A DNA stretch of 64,000 bases. Source: an uncultured Verrucomicrobiae bacterium (GTDB taxonomy: Bacteria; Verrucomicrobiota; Verrucomicrobiia; Chthoniobacterales; JAFAMB01). Of the stretch, positions 9,033 to 18,617 are shown piece by piece. The DNA lies in assembly GCA_963762565.1 (NCBI GenBank), contig CAVXLD010000003.1:288001-352000 (forward strand), written 5' to 3'. Below the pieces are notes generated by a model that was not told the DNA's origin, made no database searches, and saw only the letters and a program-made list of their open reading frames with translations. Numbering within the stretch: position 1 is the first letter of the stretch; the number at the start of each line of letters is the position of its first letter. Made by a program: the position numbers and the translations under genes.

Positions 9033-10688
9033 ATGCAATCAGAATGGTGGCGAGGAGCAGTTATCTATCAGATTTATCCTCGGAGCTTCTTTGACGGGAA
9101 CGGGGACGGGACCGGTGATATCCCTGGAATCAATGCCAAGCTCGATTACATCCGCTCGCTGGGTGTTGACGCCATCTGGGTCTCTCCTTTCTACAAATCG
9201 CCCATGCGTGACTTCGGATATGACGTCGCCGACTATCGCACTGTCGATCCGATCTTCGGCAGCAACGCCGACTTCGGCGTCCTGATCGCGGGCGCGCACA
9301 AGCGAGGGATCAAGGTCATTATCGACCTGGTATTACCGCACACCTCGGATGAACATCCCTGGTTTAAAGAGAGCCGCCAAAATAGCAGTAAGCCGAAGGC
9401 TGATTGGTATGTTTGGGCAGATCCCAAACCGGACGGTACACCGCCGAACAATTGGCTTTCGGTGTTTGGTGGCTCCGCTTGGCAGTGGGATTCCCGGCGC
9501 CAGCAATATTATCTGCACCATTTCTTGCGCAGCCAACCCAATCTCAATTGGCACCATCGCCCGGTCGTTGAGGCCATGTTTGCTGAAGCGCGTTTTTGGT
9601 TGGATGCGGGCGTGGACGGGTTTCGTCTTGATGCGATCACGACGCTGGTGCATGACCGCGATTTAAGAGATAATCCGGCTCGCCCGGCCGATGCTCGGCC
9701 TTTGCGGTTCGCTGATTCCAACAATCCATTTTCCTGGCAGGAAGCGATCTACACCCGGGATCAACCGCATACGCTTGAGCTATTAGCTGAGCTCCGCGCT
9801 CTCATTGACTTGTACCAGGACCGTTATCTTATCGGGGAAATCGCTGATGTGGATATGATCACTGTCAGCGCGAAATACACCCGCACGGGCCAGCATCTCC
9901 ATAGCTGTTACAACTTCGAGTTGATGCAACTGGTCTTCAGTTGCGGCTTTCTGCGAAGCGTCATTGAAAAGACCGAATCGGTTCTAGGGACGGGTTGGAC
10001 GACCTGGGCTATGAGTAACCACGACAATATACGGGTGGTTAGCCGCTTCGGAATACTAGGCGAGCTTAGCGGCGACGATCGTTCCCTGGCTAAGTTGCTC
10101 CTGGGCATTATGCTTTCGCTGCGAGGCGGCGCCTGTCTGTATCAAGGAGAGGAACTAGGCTTGCCGCAAGCCGATGTCCCATTCGAAGACTTGCAAGACC
10201 CGTACGGCATCGAGTTCTGGCCTGATTTCAAGGGTCGCGATGGCTGTCGTACGCCGATTCCATGGACATCGGACTTGCCAAATGCCGGGTTTAGCGGCGT
10301 CAAACCGTGGTTGCCGGTCTCCCCAGTGCACAGAGCGCTGGCGGTGGATGCACAGGGAGAAGACCCGAATTCTGTTCTGCGCTTTGCTCGCCAGTTCATC
10401 GGGTGGCGTAAACAGCACCCCGCAATCATACAGGGCTCCCTCGCGCTCTTGCCTGTCCGCCCTGGCCAGGATGGCGGCGGCGGAAGTTCTACGGATCCAG
10501 TTCTGAGCTTTGAGCGAATCTACGAAGAAGAACGGATTCTCTGCGTTTTCAACCTTTCAAATAAAGAAACCTCAAAGCCGATTACCGACGGCTGGCGACA
10601 GATCGAGGGTCACGGATTTCAGTCGGAGCGAGTAGGCGCTAAATTGGGGCTGCCTGCATTTGGGGCGGCATTCTTTCGCTGGGAGTAG
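9033..10688 (+). CDS. GH13 alpha-glucosidase
   Basis: WWRGAVIYQIYPRSF, DFGYDVADY, GVDGFRLDAI, GEI, SNHD, YQGEELG, GRDGCRTP. Confidence 0.93.
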   Translation: MQSEWWRGAVIYQIYPRSFFDGNGDGTGDIPGINAKLDYIRSLGVDAIWVSPFYKSPMRDFGYDVADYRTVDPIFGSNADFGVLIAGAHKRGIKVIIDLVLPHTSDEHPWFKESRQNSSKPKADWYVWADPKPDGTPPNNWLSVFGGSAWQWDSRRQQYYLHHFLRSQPNLNWHHRPVVEAMFAEARFWLDAGVDGFRLDAITTLVHDRDLRDNPARPADARPLRFADSNNPFSWQEAIYTRDQPHTLELLAELRALIDLYQDRYLIGEIADVDMITVSAKYTRTGQHLHSCYNFELMQLVFSCGFLRSVIEKTESVLGTGWTTWAMSNHDNIRVVSRFGILGELSGDDRSLAKLLLGIMLSLRGGACLYQGEELGLPQADVPFEDLQDPYGIEFWPDFKGRDGCRTPIPWTSDLPNAGFSGVKPWLPVSPVHRALAVDAQGEDPNSVLRFARQFIGWRKQHPAIIQGSLALLPVRPGQDGGGGSSTDPVLSFERIYEEERILCVFNLSNKETSKPITDGWRQIEGHGFQSERVGAKLGLPAFGAAFFRWE

Positions 10689-10691
10689 GAT

Positions 10692-10910
10692 CAAAGTAAT
10701 CAGTAATCAGTAGGTCAGTAAACAGTTTCAGGAGCGAGGAGCTAGAATCTAGGAGCTAGGAGAGGGCAACTTTGCTGGGGCGAGGCTCCCGAATAATCCC
10801 AACCTTCGAGCGAACCGATTGGTACTGTCATGCCATGTCATGCTGTTAGGTCTTAAATCGCGCCGAGCCGTGGTCTGTTGTGGGCCACGGCTCGGCGCGT
10901 CTATCGGCCT
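10692..10910. repeat. Heptamer arms plus left arm and central hairpin of a family A palindrome
   Basis: (AGTAATC)n, GGAGCTAGAATCTAGGAGCTAGG, then GGGGCGAGGCTCCCGAA and CGCGCCGAGCCGTGG/CCACGGCTCGGCGCG. Confidence 0.75.
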
Positions 10911-11200
10911 TGCTTACTCATCCCTTGGCGTTCGTACGGTCTACCGTTCCAACCCCGCGCGGTCGCAGGGTGCAAATCGGGGAGGGCGCGCTGCCTGTCC
11001 GACATAGCCTGAGGCAACCAAATCGATTTTTCTCCCAGCGCGGCGACGTCGGATCCCCGCGGGCCGAGAGGACTTGCCACAACCCAAAAGCTGTATTTTT
11101 GTCCACGATTACGACACGTTCTCAGCTTCGTTGACAACGGATCGCGAGGACGCGATCCCTCCCGGGCGTTGGGCGGCACGCATTCAAAGGACGAAGCGCC

Positions 11201-11686
11201 TCACGAGCCCTCACCCCTGGCCAAGAACTGAATCGCAAAAATCACTGCGATCGTTCCAATGATTACCAGAAACACCCCGACTAACAGATGCAGAAGCGAG
11301 TCACCAAGGTTTCCCATCGAGCCAGGGAGCCGCATATCGGCCGGATCGTCTCTTAAGTACTCGACGTTCAAAGACTGGCCCTTATGCAGGTTTTGCCAGA
11401 GCCCGGCGTAAACCGATAACCTCTTGTCGTAATTAACTTTCCCAGGGCCGCTTAATAATAACCGACAATCGACAAAGAAGTCGTTCGGCCCAGCCCGCAC
11501 TTTACCTACGATTTCGGCGATGCCGGTAGTTGAATTGGTCAGGAATTTGTACTCTTGGGTCAGAGCGCTGCCTCCTCCAGCCGTAAAGATCAAGCCGAAA
11601 AGCAGCGCCATGCCGCCTCCGATGAGCAACAAAATTGCTTCTCGGTACCCAATAACAAAAGCGTTATGTAGCGACCGGATCCGCAT
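11201..11686 (-). CDS. DUF3592-like two-TM membrane protein
   Basis: N- and C-terminal TM helices flanking a soluble domain ending in LHKGQSLNVEYLRDDPAD. Confidence 0.65.
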   Translation of the reverse strand: MRIRSLHNAFVIGYREAILLLIGGGMALLFGLIFTAGGGSALTQEYKFLTNSTTGIAEIVGKVRAGPNDFFVDCRLLLSGPGKVNYDKRLSVYAGLWQNLHKGQSLNVEYLRDDPADMRLPGSMGNLGDSLLHLLVGVFLVIIGTIAVIFAIQFLARGEGS

Positions 11687-11845
11687 TGGCCAAAAGTAAT
11701 CAGTAATCAGTAGGTCAGTAGGTCAATCGCTGGGCTCTGCGGGAGCCTCGCCCACCAAAGCCCCTACCAGCGCCTCTCCTAGCTTCTAGATTCTAGCTCC
11801 TTTACTGATTAATGCTTTCAGACAAAAGAGGAGCCTCGCCCTACC

Positions 11846-11877
11846 AAAAAAACAGCGCCGGTCGGGTGACCGGCGCT
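11846..11877 (-). terminator. Rho-independent terminator
   Basis: AGCGCCGGTC-GGGT-GACCGGCGCT stem, followed on the minus strand by a T-run; downstream of the 11915-12442 gene. Confidence 0.75.
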
Positions 11878-11914
11878 AACAAAACTTCGGACGAGTTAAT
11901 CGTCTTGCCGTTAG

Positions 11915-12442
11915 CTATTCCCCGTTTTTCGCGGCGTGATCGCCTTCTTTGATGGCGTCCGCTTCGCTCATGTACTTACCTTGCTTGGTCTTACCATAGA
12001 ACCGGGAACCGGCCTTGTGGTAGACATGTGAGTCGGTATTAACCCAGACTTGACCGTTGCCAGGAGTACCTGGGTTGCTGGCTGCCGGAGCTTGCGGCTG
12101 GTTTGCAACCGGCGCCGGAGTCGGGCTGGCGTGCAAGAAACCAAACATCGAGTGCTTTGCGGTTGCGGATGGCGCCGGCGTGGCAGCCGGCGCAGCCGGA
12201 GCAGGAGTGGTCGCAGGAGAGGCAGCCGCAGTGGCTTCCTTCCTGGACCGTTTCTTAGGAGTCGCACTTGCCGCAGGGGTGGCATTGGTTACGGCGGCCG
12301 CCGGACTGGGGCTGGTACTGGCTTTGTGCGACCGCTTCTTTGGACTAGCCGAAGCGGCCGGACTTGGAGTTGCGTTTTGGGAGTACGCCAGCGGCGTGGC
12401 CGCGATAGCTAATAGGGCGAGGAGGCAGAGAAACGTGCGCAT
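11915..12442 (-). CDS. Secreted Ala/Pro/Thr-rich protein with conserved-looking C-terminal VWVNTxSxVYH...YGKTKxGxYM domain
   Basis: Signal peptide MRTFLCLLALLAIAATPLAYS; low-complexity linker; terminator downstream. Confidence 0.75.
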   Translation of the reverse strand: MRTFLCLLALLAIAATPLAYSQNATPSPAASASPKKRSHKASTSPSPAAAVTNATPAASATPKKRSRKEATAAASPATTPAPAAPAATPAPSATAKHSMFGFLHASPTPAPVANQPQAPAASNPGTPGNGQVWVNTDSHVYHKAGSRFYGKTKQGKYMSEADAIKEGDHAAKNGE

Positions 12443-12564
12443 AAAACACCTCTTGTACCTTGATTTGATGCCGCTCGGCAATCCTGGAAGTGTTAAAAAG
12501 GGGGAATTTAGGGGGGTGTGCCGGCCTGGAGGGCGTCGATAAAAGCCCCAGGGTACCCAGGGGT

Positions 12565-12820
12565 CGGTAGGGCGAAAACCCGACTTCGCAAAGCCTACGT
12601 CGCGGCCAACCTTTAGGCGTGACACGATGCAGAACAGGCCGCGCCAAAGCGTAGCGGCGGCGGGTCTCGGCGCGCCATGAGGGAAACGGCGAAAGGGCGC
12701 ACCGGCGAATCGGCTAAGAGATGGATGAGACGGGCGGGCGTTGGGCCTGTTCGCCGTGTCGCTCTCGGCGCCCCGAGATTTTACGCCCTTTCGCCCCTTC
12801 GCCGTCTCGCCGTTTCGCTT
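12565..12820. repeat. Degenerate family C palindrome with (GGCGAAA)-type arms
   Basis: GGTAGGGCGAAAACCCG...GGCGCCCCGAGATTTTACGCCC resembles the copies at 18390 and 21700. Confidence 0.5.
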
Positions 12821-12821
12821 A

Positions 12822-13673
12822 CTATCGGCCTTGGTCTCGAATCAAATTCGACGCCACCGCGAAATCCTGCTGTGACCAGCCTTTGCCATCGGCTTCAGCA
12901 AAGAGGCGGTTGACCGTTTCAGCCAGAGGGAGCTGTACCCCGAGGCTTTTGGCCAGATCCAGCGCCAGGCGCGAATCTTTGAACATATTCATCAGCGAAA
13001 AATTGGGGTCAAAGTCTCGGGCGATGATCGCTTTGAGCTTGAAATCACTGACCCCTGAACGGCACGCATTGTTCTCGATAGCGGCGACTAATTCTGCCGA
13101 ATCGATGCCGGCGCGTTCTGTTATGGTGAGGGCCTCCGTCAATGCTTGCACGATGGCAGCTGTAACCATGTTAGTTGCAATCTTAATGAGGCTAGCATCT
13201 CCAAACCGGCTGAAGTAAACGAGCGTTTTGCGCGAAGCTTCCAGCACAGGTTCTGCCCGCTCCAGGTCAACCTTGTCGCCTGCCAGATAATACACAATTT
13301 GACCATTCTCCGCGGCTCCTTTGCTTCCGGTGAAAGGCGCATCGACCAGGTGTGCGCCGGTTGACGCCACTGCCTCTTTTGCTTTGCGCACGGTCTCTGG
13401 CGAGATCGTCGAATGAATCAAGAGAAGATGATCTGCTGTTAATGCGGGGCGAAGCGCCGCCAGCGTTTCCAGAACCGCGGCGTCGTTGGAAACAAAGATT
13501 TGAATGATCTGCGCAGCCTTCGCCACCTCAGCCGGTGAACTCACGAAATTTAGTTCAGGTTTCGGCGTCCGATTCCATACATAAACGTCGAACCCTTTCT
13601 TCCGCAGATTTTTGGTGACCCGCGACCCGATGATCCCGAGCCCAATTACGCCAACTCGAATTGGAGTACTCAT
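12822..13673 (-). CDS. NAD(P)-dependent oxidoreductase, 3-hydroxyisobutyrate dehydrogenase family
   Basis: VGVIGLGIIG, VWNRT, DAPFTGS, KIATN, KDSRLA. Confidence 0.9.
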   Translation of the reverse strand: MSTPIRVGVIGLGIIGSRVTKNLRKKGFDVYVWNRTPKPELNFVSSPAEVAKAAQIIQIFVSNDAAVLETLAALRPALTADHLLLIHSTISPETVRKAKEAVASTGAHLVDAPFTGSKGAAENGQIVYYLAGDKVDLERAEPVLEASRKTLVYFSRFGDASLIKIATNMVTAAIVQALTEALTITERAGIDSAELVAAIENNACRSGVSDFKLKAIIARDFDPNFSLMNMFKDSRLALDLAKSLGVQLPLAETVNRLFAEADGKGWSQQDFAVASNLIRDQGR

Positions 13674-13759
13674 AGTCGAAACCTACGTGGCCTAATGAGC
13701 GTTTCTAGCGATCTTTAGGGTCGGTTGGCGGTAATCCGTTGGGGTATGTGGAGTGCCCA

Positions 13760-14150
13760 ATCGTCGTCGTCCTCGTCCGCGAAAGAGCGTGGGTCGATGC
13801 GACGTGCGATCGCCCAGCGTTTGGAGGGGAGCCGCTTTGGCGCGTATCACAGGACCTCGCAATATTTGTTTCAGGCTCCGTTCGGACCAAAGAATGTTGC
13901 AACGGGCGGCTCCCGGGAATAGCCCAGCGCCATGAATTTACCCATGGATTCCGATTGGTTCAGACACGAACTATCGAGCTGGGATCCGATGGGTCCTTCC
14001 CGGGAGCCGCCTGTTTTCGCGCGTTCCGGCTGGACTAGCGTTGGGGCGAAAGTTGCGAGAGGAACAATATGCACGCCAAAGCGGCTCCCCTCCAGGCGCT
14101 GGGCGACCGCACATCGCATCGACCCGCCAAACCGCGATCGAGGACGAGGA
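13760..14150. repeat. REPIN-like palindrome, family B
   Basis: TGGAGGGGAGCCGCTTT..GGCGGCTCCCGGGAA..TTCCCGGGAGCCGCC..AAAGCGGCTCCCCTCCA with outer TCGTCCTCG/CGAGGACGA arms. Confidence 0.88.
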
Positions 14151-14434
14151 TGCGTCGCTTAGCGATGGCATGTTTCCCTTGCGAAGAGCACGATTTCTTG
14201 CGAATTGCGCGCATCCATTGTGAGAGTGATTCTCATAAGGGAGCGAGCCCTTGTGCCGCTGCGGAGCCCGTGTTTTTCTTTATTTGTTAGTTTGAAAGTT
14301 GGAGTTAGGGACTGGCGGCCTGAGACGGGAAATTGCGCGGAATGAGATGCGCGGGGCGAAGTGGCTTCGACTAAAATCGAGGGGACTTCAGTGACAGGAC
14401 GTCGGTAGGGATTCAATCTTGCAAGGAAGTATCA

Positions 14435-15103
14435 ATGCAGCGCAAACCAGACCGTTTGTCCCCGCCGTGTTCTACGGCTTCTGAAGAAATAGGTTCCTCC
14501 AGGCGTCGTTTTATTTCTCAGCTAGCAGCCTTATCTGCCGGGTTGAGCGTGGTAACGCCGATGTCCCGTGGAGTTAGTGAGACTACCGAGCCAGCCCGAG
14601 GACCGGATCAAGGTCCGGAACAAGATACTCTTGTCGACATCACACTTCGGATAAATGGGGCCACTCGAAAACTGCGGGTGGATCCACGAGTGACACTGCT
14701 AGATGCGCTACGGGAGCGGCTAGACCTCCCGGGCACTAAGAAAGGCTGTGACCAAGGTGCGTGCGGCGCTTGTACTGTGTTAGTAGATGGTACCAGGGTG
14801 GTTTCCTGCCTAACGCTCGCGGTGATGTCTCAAGGAAAAGAGATCACTACCATCGAGGGCTTGGCTAAGGGTGACGAATTGCATCCGGTTCAAGCTGCGT
14901 TTGTTACCTGTGACGGATTTCAGTGTGGATATTGCACACCCGGCCAAATCATGTCGGCCGTCGGATGCATTCGGGAAGGCCATATTAAGACAGACGCCGA
15001 GATCCGGGAGTTCATGTCCGGGAACATTTGTCGATGTGGCGCTTATCCGAACATCGTCGATGCCATCAAGCTGGCGGCGGCCAACGGAAAGGGGGCTGCT
15101 TAG
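14435..15103 (+). CDS. paoA: PaoA-like 2x[2Fe-2S] subunit of aldehyde oxidoreductase, Tat signal
   Basis: SRRRFI leader; GTKKGCDQGACGACT and QCGYCTPGQ...NICRC motifs. Confidence 0.88.
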   Translation: MQRKPDRLSPPCSTASEEIGSSRRRFISQLAALSAGLSVVTPMSRGVSETTEPARGPDQGPEQDTLVDITLRINGATRKLRVDPRVTLLDALRERLDLPGTKKGCDQGACGACTVLVDGTRVVSCLTLAVMSQGKEITTIEGLAKGDELHPVQAAFVTCDGFQCGYCTPGQIMSAVGCIREGHIKTDAEIREFMSGNICRCGAYPNIVDAIKLAAANGKGAA

Positions 15104-15105
15104 TC

Positions 15106-16080
15106 ATGAAAGCTTTTGCCTACAAAATGGCGGGATCGACCCAGGAAGCGATTTCTACCGGAACACAAACTGCCTTTATCGCCGGCGGTACCAATCTCGT
15201 CGATCTCATGAAGATCGATGTGATGGACCCGAAGCAGCTGGTCGATATCAACCAGTTGCCGATGCGAGGTATCACCCTCGACGCCGCTGGGTTAAGGATC
15301 GGGGCTTTGGAGAAAATGGCTTACGTTGCCGAGCAGCCTGAAGTTGTGGAGCATTTTCCAGTCGTCTCGCAAGCTCTCTTGAAAAGCGCGTCGGCCCAGC
15401 TTCGGAACATGGCGTCGATTGGCGGGAACCTTATGCAGCGGACCCGTTGCGCCTATTTCCGCGATGTGGATATGCCTTGCAACAAGCGCGTTCCGGGCAG
15501 CGGTTGCCCGGCGTTTTCTGGGGAGAACCGGATGCATGCCATTCTGGGGGTTGGTAACGCTTGTTGCGCGACGCATCCAAGCGATTTAGCTGTGGCGTTA
15601 GTGGCTCTGGACGCGAGCATCAAACTGCAGGGACCCAAAGGAACTAGATCGATCAAGCTGGACGATTTTTATCTGTTGCCGGGTGATACCCCCGATCGCG
15701 AACATGACATCGAACCGGGAGAGCTCATCACGGAGGTCACTGTCCCGTACACGGGTTGGTACCAGCGTTCCGCCTATCTCAAGATTCGAGACCGCGAGTC
15801 CTACGAATTCGCGCTTTGCTCGGCAGCTATTGCGCTCGATCTCGACGGCCAAACCATTCGGGACGCGCGAGTTGCCGCCGGCGGCGTCGGGACCAAACCC
15901 TGGCTGCTACCGGAGGTGGCGCAGGCGCTCATCGGAAAGCAAGCCGGCCAAGATACCTTCCAGCGTGCCGCGGAGGTCGCCAGCAAGGGAACGCGGCCGC
16001 TGGGTCAAAACGCGTTCAAAGTAACTTTGCTTAAACGGACGCTAACGCGTGCGCTGATACAGGTAGGAGGTGCAGCCTGA
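15106..16080 (+). CDS. paoB: PaoB-like FAD-binding subunit
   Basis: AGGTNLVDLMK, QLRNMASIGGNLMQRTRCAYFRD...CNKR..GSGC ([4Fe-4S] insert), KIRDRESYEFA. Confidence 0.9.
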   Translation: MKAFAYKMAGSTQEAISTGTQTAFIAGGTNLVDLMKIDVMDPKQLVDINQLPMRGITLDAAGLRIGALEKMAYVAEQPEVVEHFPVVSQALLKSASAQLRNMASIGGNLMQRTRCAYFRDVDMPCNKRVPGSGCPAFSGENRMHAILGVGNACCATHPSDLAVALVALDASIKLQGPKGTRSIKLDDFYLLPGDTPDREHDIEPGELITEVTVPYTGWYQRSAYLKIRDRESYEFALCSAAIALDLDGQTIRDARVAAGGVGTKPWLLPEVAQALIGKQAGQDTFQRAAEVASKGTRPLGQNAFKVTLLKRTLTRALIQVGGAA

Positions 16081-16082
16081 GT

Positions 16083-18329
16083 ATGGAAAAGAATTTTTCT
16101 ACCAGCTCTGTTGATCGAGTTGACGGTAAATTGAAGGTGACGGGCCGCGCGCTTTACCCGGCGGATCACGCGGTGCCGAACGTTTGTTACGGGTATCTTC
16201 TGCAGAGCTCGATTGCCAAAGGCCGAATTCAGTCGATGGACGTTACGGCGGCTCAGAATAGCCCCGGCGTATTGGCGGTTTTTACGCCCTTTAATCCGGT
16301 GAAGATCTATGCGCCACTCACGGGTAGCGATGAAGGCGCGAACTCGGGCGATTTCCTTCCGCTTCTCCAAAACACGGTGGTTTCTTATTTTGGTCAAACG
16401 ATTGGACTAGTTGTGGCGGAGAGCTTTGAAGCAGCCAGAGATGCAGCTCGGCTGGTAAAGACCCTTTACCAGACTCAGCCCGCGGTGGTTGACATGCAAG
16501 CGGGTATGGACAAAGCGTATGCGCCGAAATCCGTAGCCGGTATGGACGCGACCGTAGCGATTCTGGATGAGGGAGTGTCGTCTATCGATGAGGTGTTTCG
16601 AAAAGCGGAGGTCCTGGTTTCAGCGACCTACAACAGCCCGATCGAAAATCATAACCCGATGGAGCCGCATGCAACCCTCGCGGTATGGAATGGTGATCGG
16701 TTAACGATCTATGATGCGACTCAGTGGGTTCAGGGACAACAGCGGAATCTCGCAGCAGTATTGGGCATTGATGAGGCGGATGTGCGTGTGCTCTGTCCGT
16801 TCGTCGGAGGCGCTTTCGGTTGCAAAGGCTCAATGTGGATGCACTCGCCGCTGACCGCGGCTGCGGCCCGGGTATTGAACCGGCCGGTGAAAACGGTACT
16901 GACGCGAGAGCAGATGTTTACGTCGGTCGGCCATCGGCCCTCGGTCAGACAAATCGTGACTTTAGGCTCGAGCAAACAGGGGACTCTAACAGCGCTTAAG
17001 CACGAAGCGTATTCGTCGAGCTCGCGGGTGAAGTTCTTCGCGGAGGTCGCCGCTCATCGAACATCATTAGCTTTGTACAAATCGCCGAATATCCTGGTGA
17101 GCCATCAGATCGTCCCACTCGACTATGCGCCGGGCACCTTTATGCGTGCTCCGGGAGTCGCACCCGGCATGTTCGCCTTGGAATCGGCGATGGACGAGCT
17201 CGCGATTAAGCTTGGCCTGGATCCGCTTGAGCTTCGTCTCCGAAATTACGCGACCGTCGACCCCGTTGAGAAGTTGCCCTGGTCATCGAAGCATTTGGAC
17301 GAATGTTACCGAGTAGGCGCAGACAAGTTCGGCTGGTCACGACGAAATCCGCAGCCTCGGTCGATGCGGGACGGCGATTGGCTAGTTGGCCAAGGAATGG
17401 CCACTGCTCTTTACCCCGCACACCGAAGGCGTGCTGAAGTAAAGATCCGGTTTGAAAGCGATGGGAACGTCAGCGTGTCCAGCGCAACGCATGATCTTGG
17501 GACTGGTATGTACACGGTCTTGGCCGTCGTTGCTTCGGAGGAGCTTGGCATCCCGATAGAACGGATACGACCCTACCTCGGCGATTCGGCATTAACGATC
17601 TCTCCGGGAGCGGGTGGTTCGACTTCGACCGCGAGCGTTTCACCCGCCGTGTTGCCTGCGATTGAAGCGGCCAAGAAAAAGCTGATCAGCGTCGCGATCA
17701 ATGGTCCCAAGTCGCCGCTCTTTGGCCTGAAAGCGGATCAGGTTTCTTATTATAACGGCGTCCTGCGTGCAGGCGACAAATCGGTTCCTTTCGAAACCGT
17801 CTTGTCGGCGTTGGATCGTTCCGCCGTAGAAGGCACCGGAAGCGCGTCTCCGGGTGAAGAAGAACATCAGTACGGTTTTCTTTCGTTCGGAGCACAATTC
17901 TGCGAGGTCCGCGTGAACGAATGGACTGGCGAAGCCCGAGTCAGCCGTTTCACCAGTGTCATGGACGCCGGCGCCATTGTTAGTCAGAAGACCGCGCGTA
18001 GTCAGGTAATTGGCGGCATCGTATTCGGCATCGGGATGGGATTGCTCGAGGCGACAAAAGTCGATCGCAACAACGGTTGCATCACTAATCGCAACCTGGC
18101 CGAGTATTTGGTGCCAACCAACGCCGACATTCCTCACATCGACGTCGAGTTCCTCAATTTTCCGGACACGACCTTCAATCCGCTCGGCGTCCGGGGGATT
18201 GGCGAAATCGGGATCGCGGGAGTGCCGGCAGCAATCGCTAACGCGATCTATAACGCCACCGGGATCCGGGTCAGAGATTTGCCCATCACGCCTGAGAGCC
18301 TGCTGGTGGAGCAGAAGGGACTGGTGTAG
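16083..18329 (+). CDS. paoC: PaoC-like molybdopterin-binding subunit
   Basis: RVDGKLKVTGRA, HNPMEPHA, FVGGAFGCK, MRAPG, DLGTGMYT, GIGEIG. Confidence 0.9.
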   Translation: MEKNFSTSSVDRVDGKLKVTGRALYPADHAVPNVCYGYLLQSSIAKGRIQSMDVTAAQNSPGVLAVFTPFNPVKIYAPLTGSDEGANSGDFLPLLQNTVVSYFGQTIGLVVAESFEAARDAARLVKTLYQTQPAVVDMQAGMDKAYAPKSVAGMDATVAILDEGVSSIDEVFRKAEVLVSATYNSPIENHNPMEPHATLAVWNGDRLTIYDATQWVQGQQRNLAAVLGIDEADVRVLCPFVGGAFGCKGSMWMHSPLTAAAARVLNRPVKTVLTREQMFTSVGHRPSVRQIVTLGSSKQGTLTALKHEAYSSSSRVKFFAEVAAHRTSLALYKSPNILVSHQIVPLDYAPGTFMRAPGVAPGMFALESAMDELAIKLGLDPLELRLRNYATVDPVEKLPWSSKHLDECYRVGADKFGWSRRNPQPRSMRDGDWLVGQGMATALYPAHRRRAEVKIRFESDGNVSVSSATHDLGTGMYTVLAVVASEELGIPIERIRPYLGDSALTISPGAGGSTSTASVSPAVLPAIEAAKKKLISVAINGPKSPLFGLKADQVSYYNGVLRAGDKSVPFETVLSALDRSAVEGTGSASPGEEEHQYGFLSFGAQFCEVRVNEWTGEARVSRFTSVMDAGAIVSQKTARSQVIGGIVFGIGMGLLEATKVDRNNGCITNRNLAEYLVPTNADIPHIDVEFLNFPDTTFNPLGVRGIGEIGIAGVPAAIANAIYNATGIRVRDLPITPESLLVEQKGLV

Positions 18330-18389
18330 GCGTGTGGGCGATTGGGCGATTGGGCGAAAGGGCGCACCGGCGAATGGGCGAAACGGGGC

Positions 18390-18610
18390 CGGTAGGGCGA
18401 AAATCTCGGCGCGCCCATGACACGCCATTTCTATCGATGCCTACGCGCCGGATTTGAGCCATGCGTACGCGCTGCCACATCGAGCACGTCATCGTTCTCA
18501 GGACCATCGAAGCCAGGGAGGTAGGAACCCCACGACGCGGCTCAAATCCGGCGCGTATACACCTGATCTGAATGGTCCGTCCATGGCGCGCCGAGATTTT
18601 CGCCCTACCG
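18390..18610. repeat. REPIN-like palindrome, family C
   Basis: GGTAGGGCGAAAATCTCGGCGCGCC...GGCGCGCCGAGATTTTCGCCCTACC with inner CGCGCCGGATTTGAGCC/GGCTCAAATCCGGCGCG. Confidence 0.88.
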
Positions 18611-18617
18611 CCTCGCC

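Noticed and set aside
13705..14290. Clusters of short ORFs with recurring LEGSRF/SREPP peptides (also near 37315, 41404, 56773, 63469)
   Set aside because: Translations of family B palindromes; frames and starts are not conserved between copies
14160..14434. Possible Moco riboswitch upstream of paoABC
   Set aside because: Only short hairpins; could not identify the conserved motif elements by eye
17640..18428. 262-aa antisense ORF (also 29574-30239 and 49148-49795)
   Set aside because: Shadow frames opposite well-supported genes
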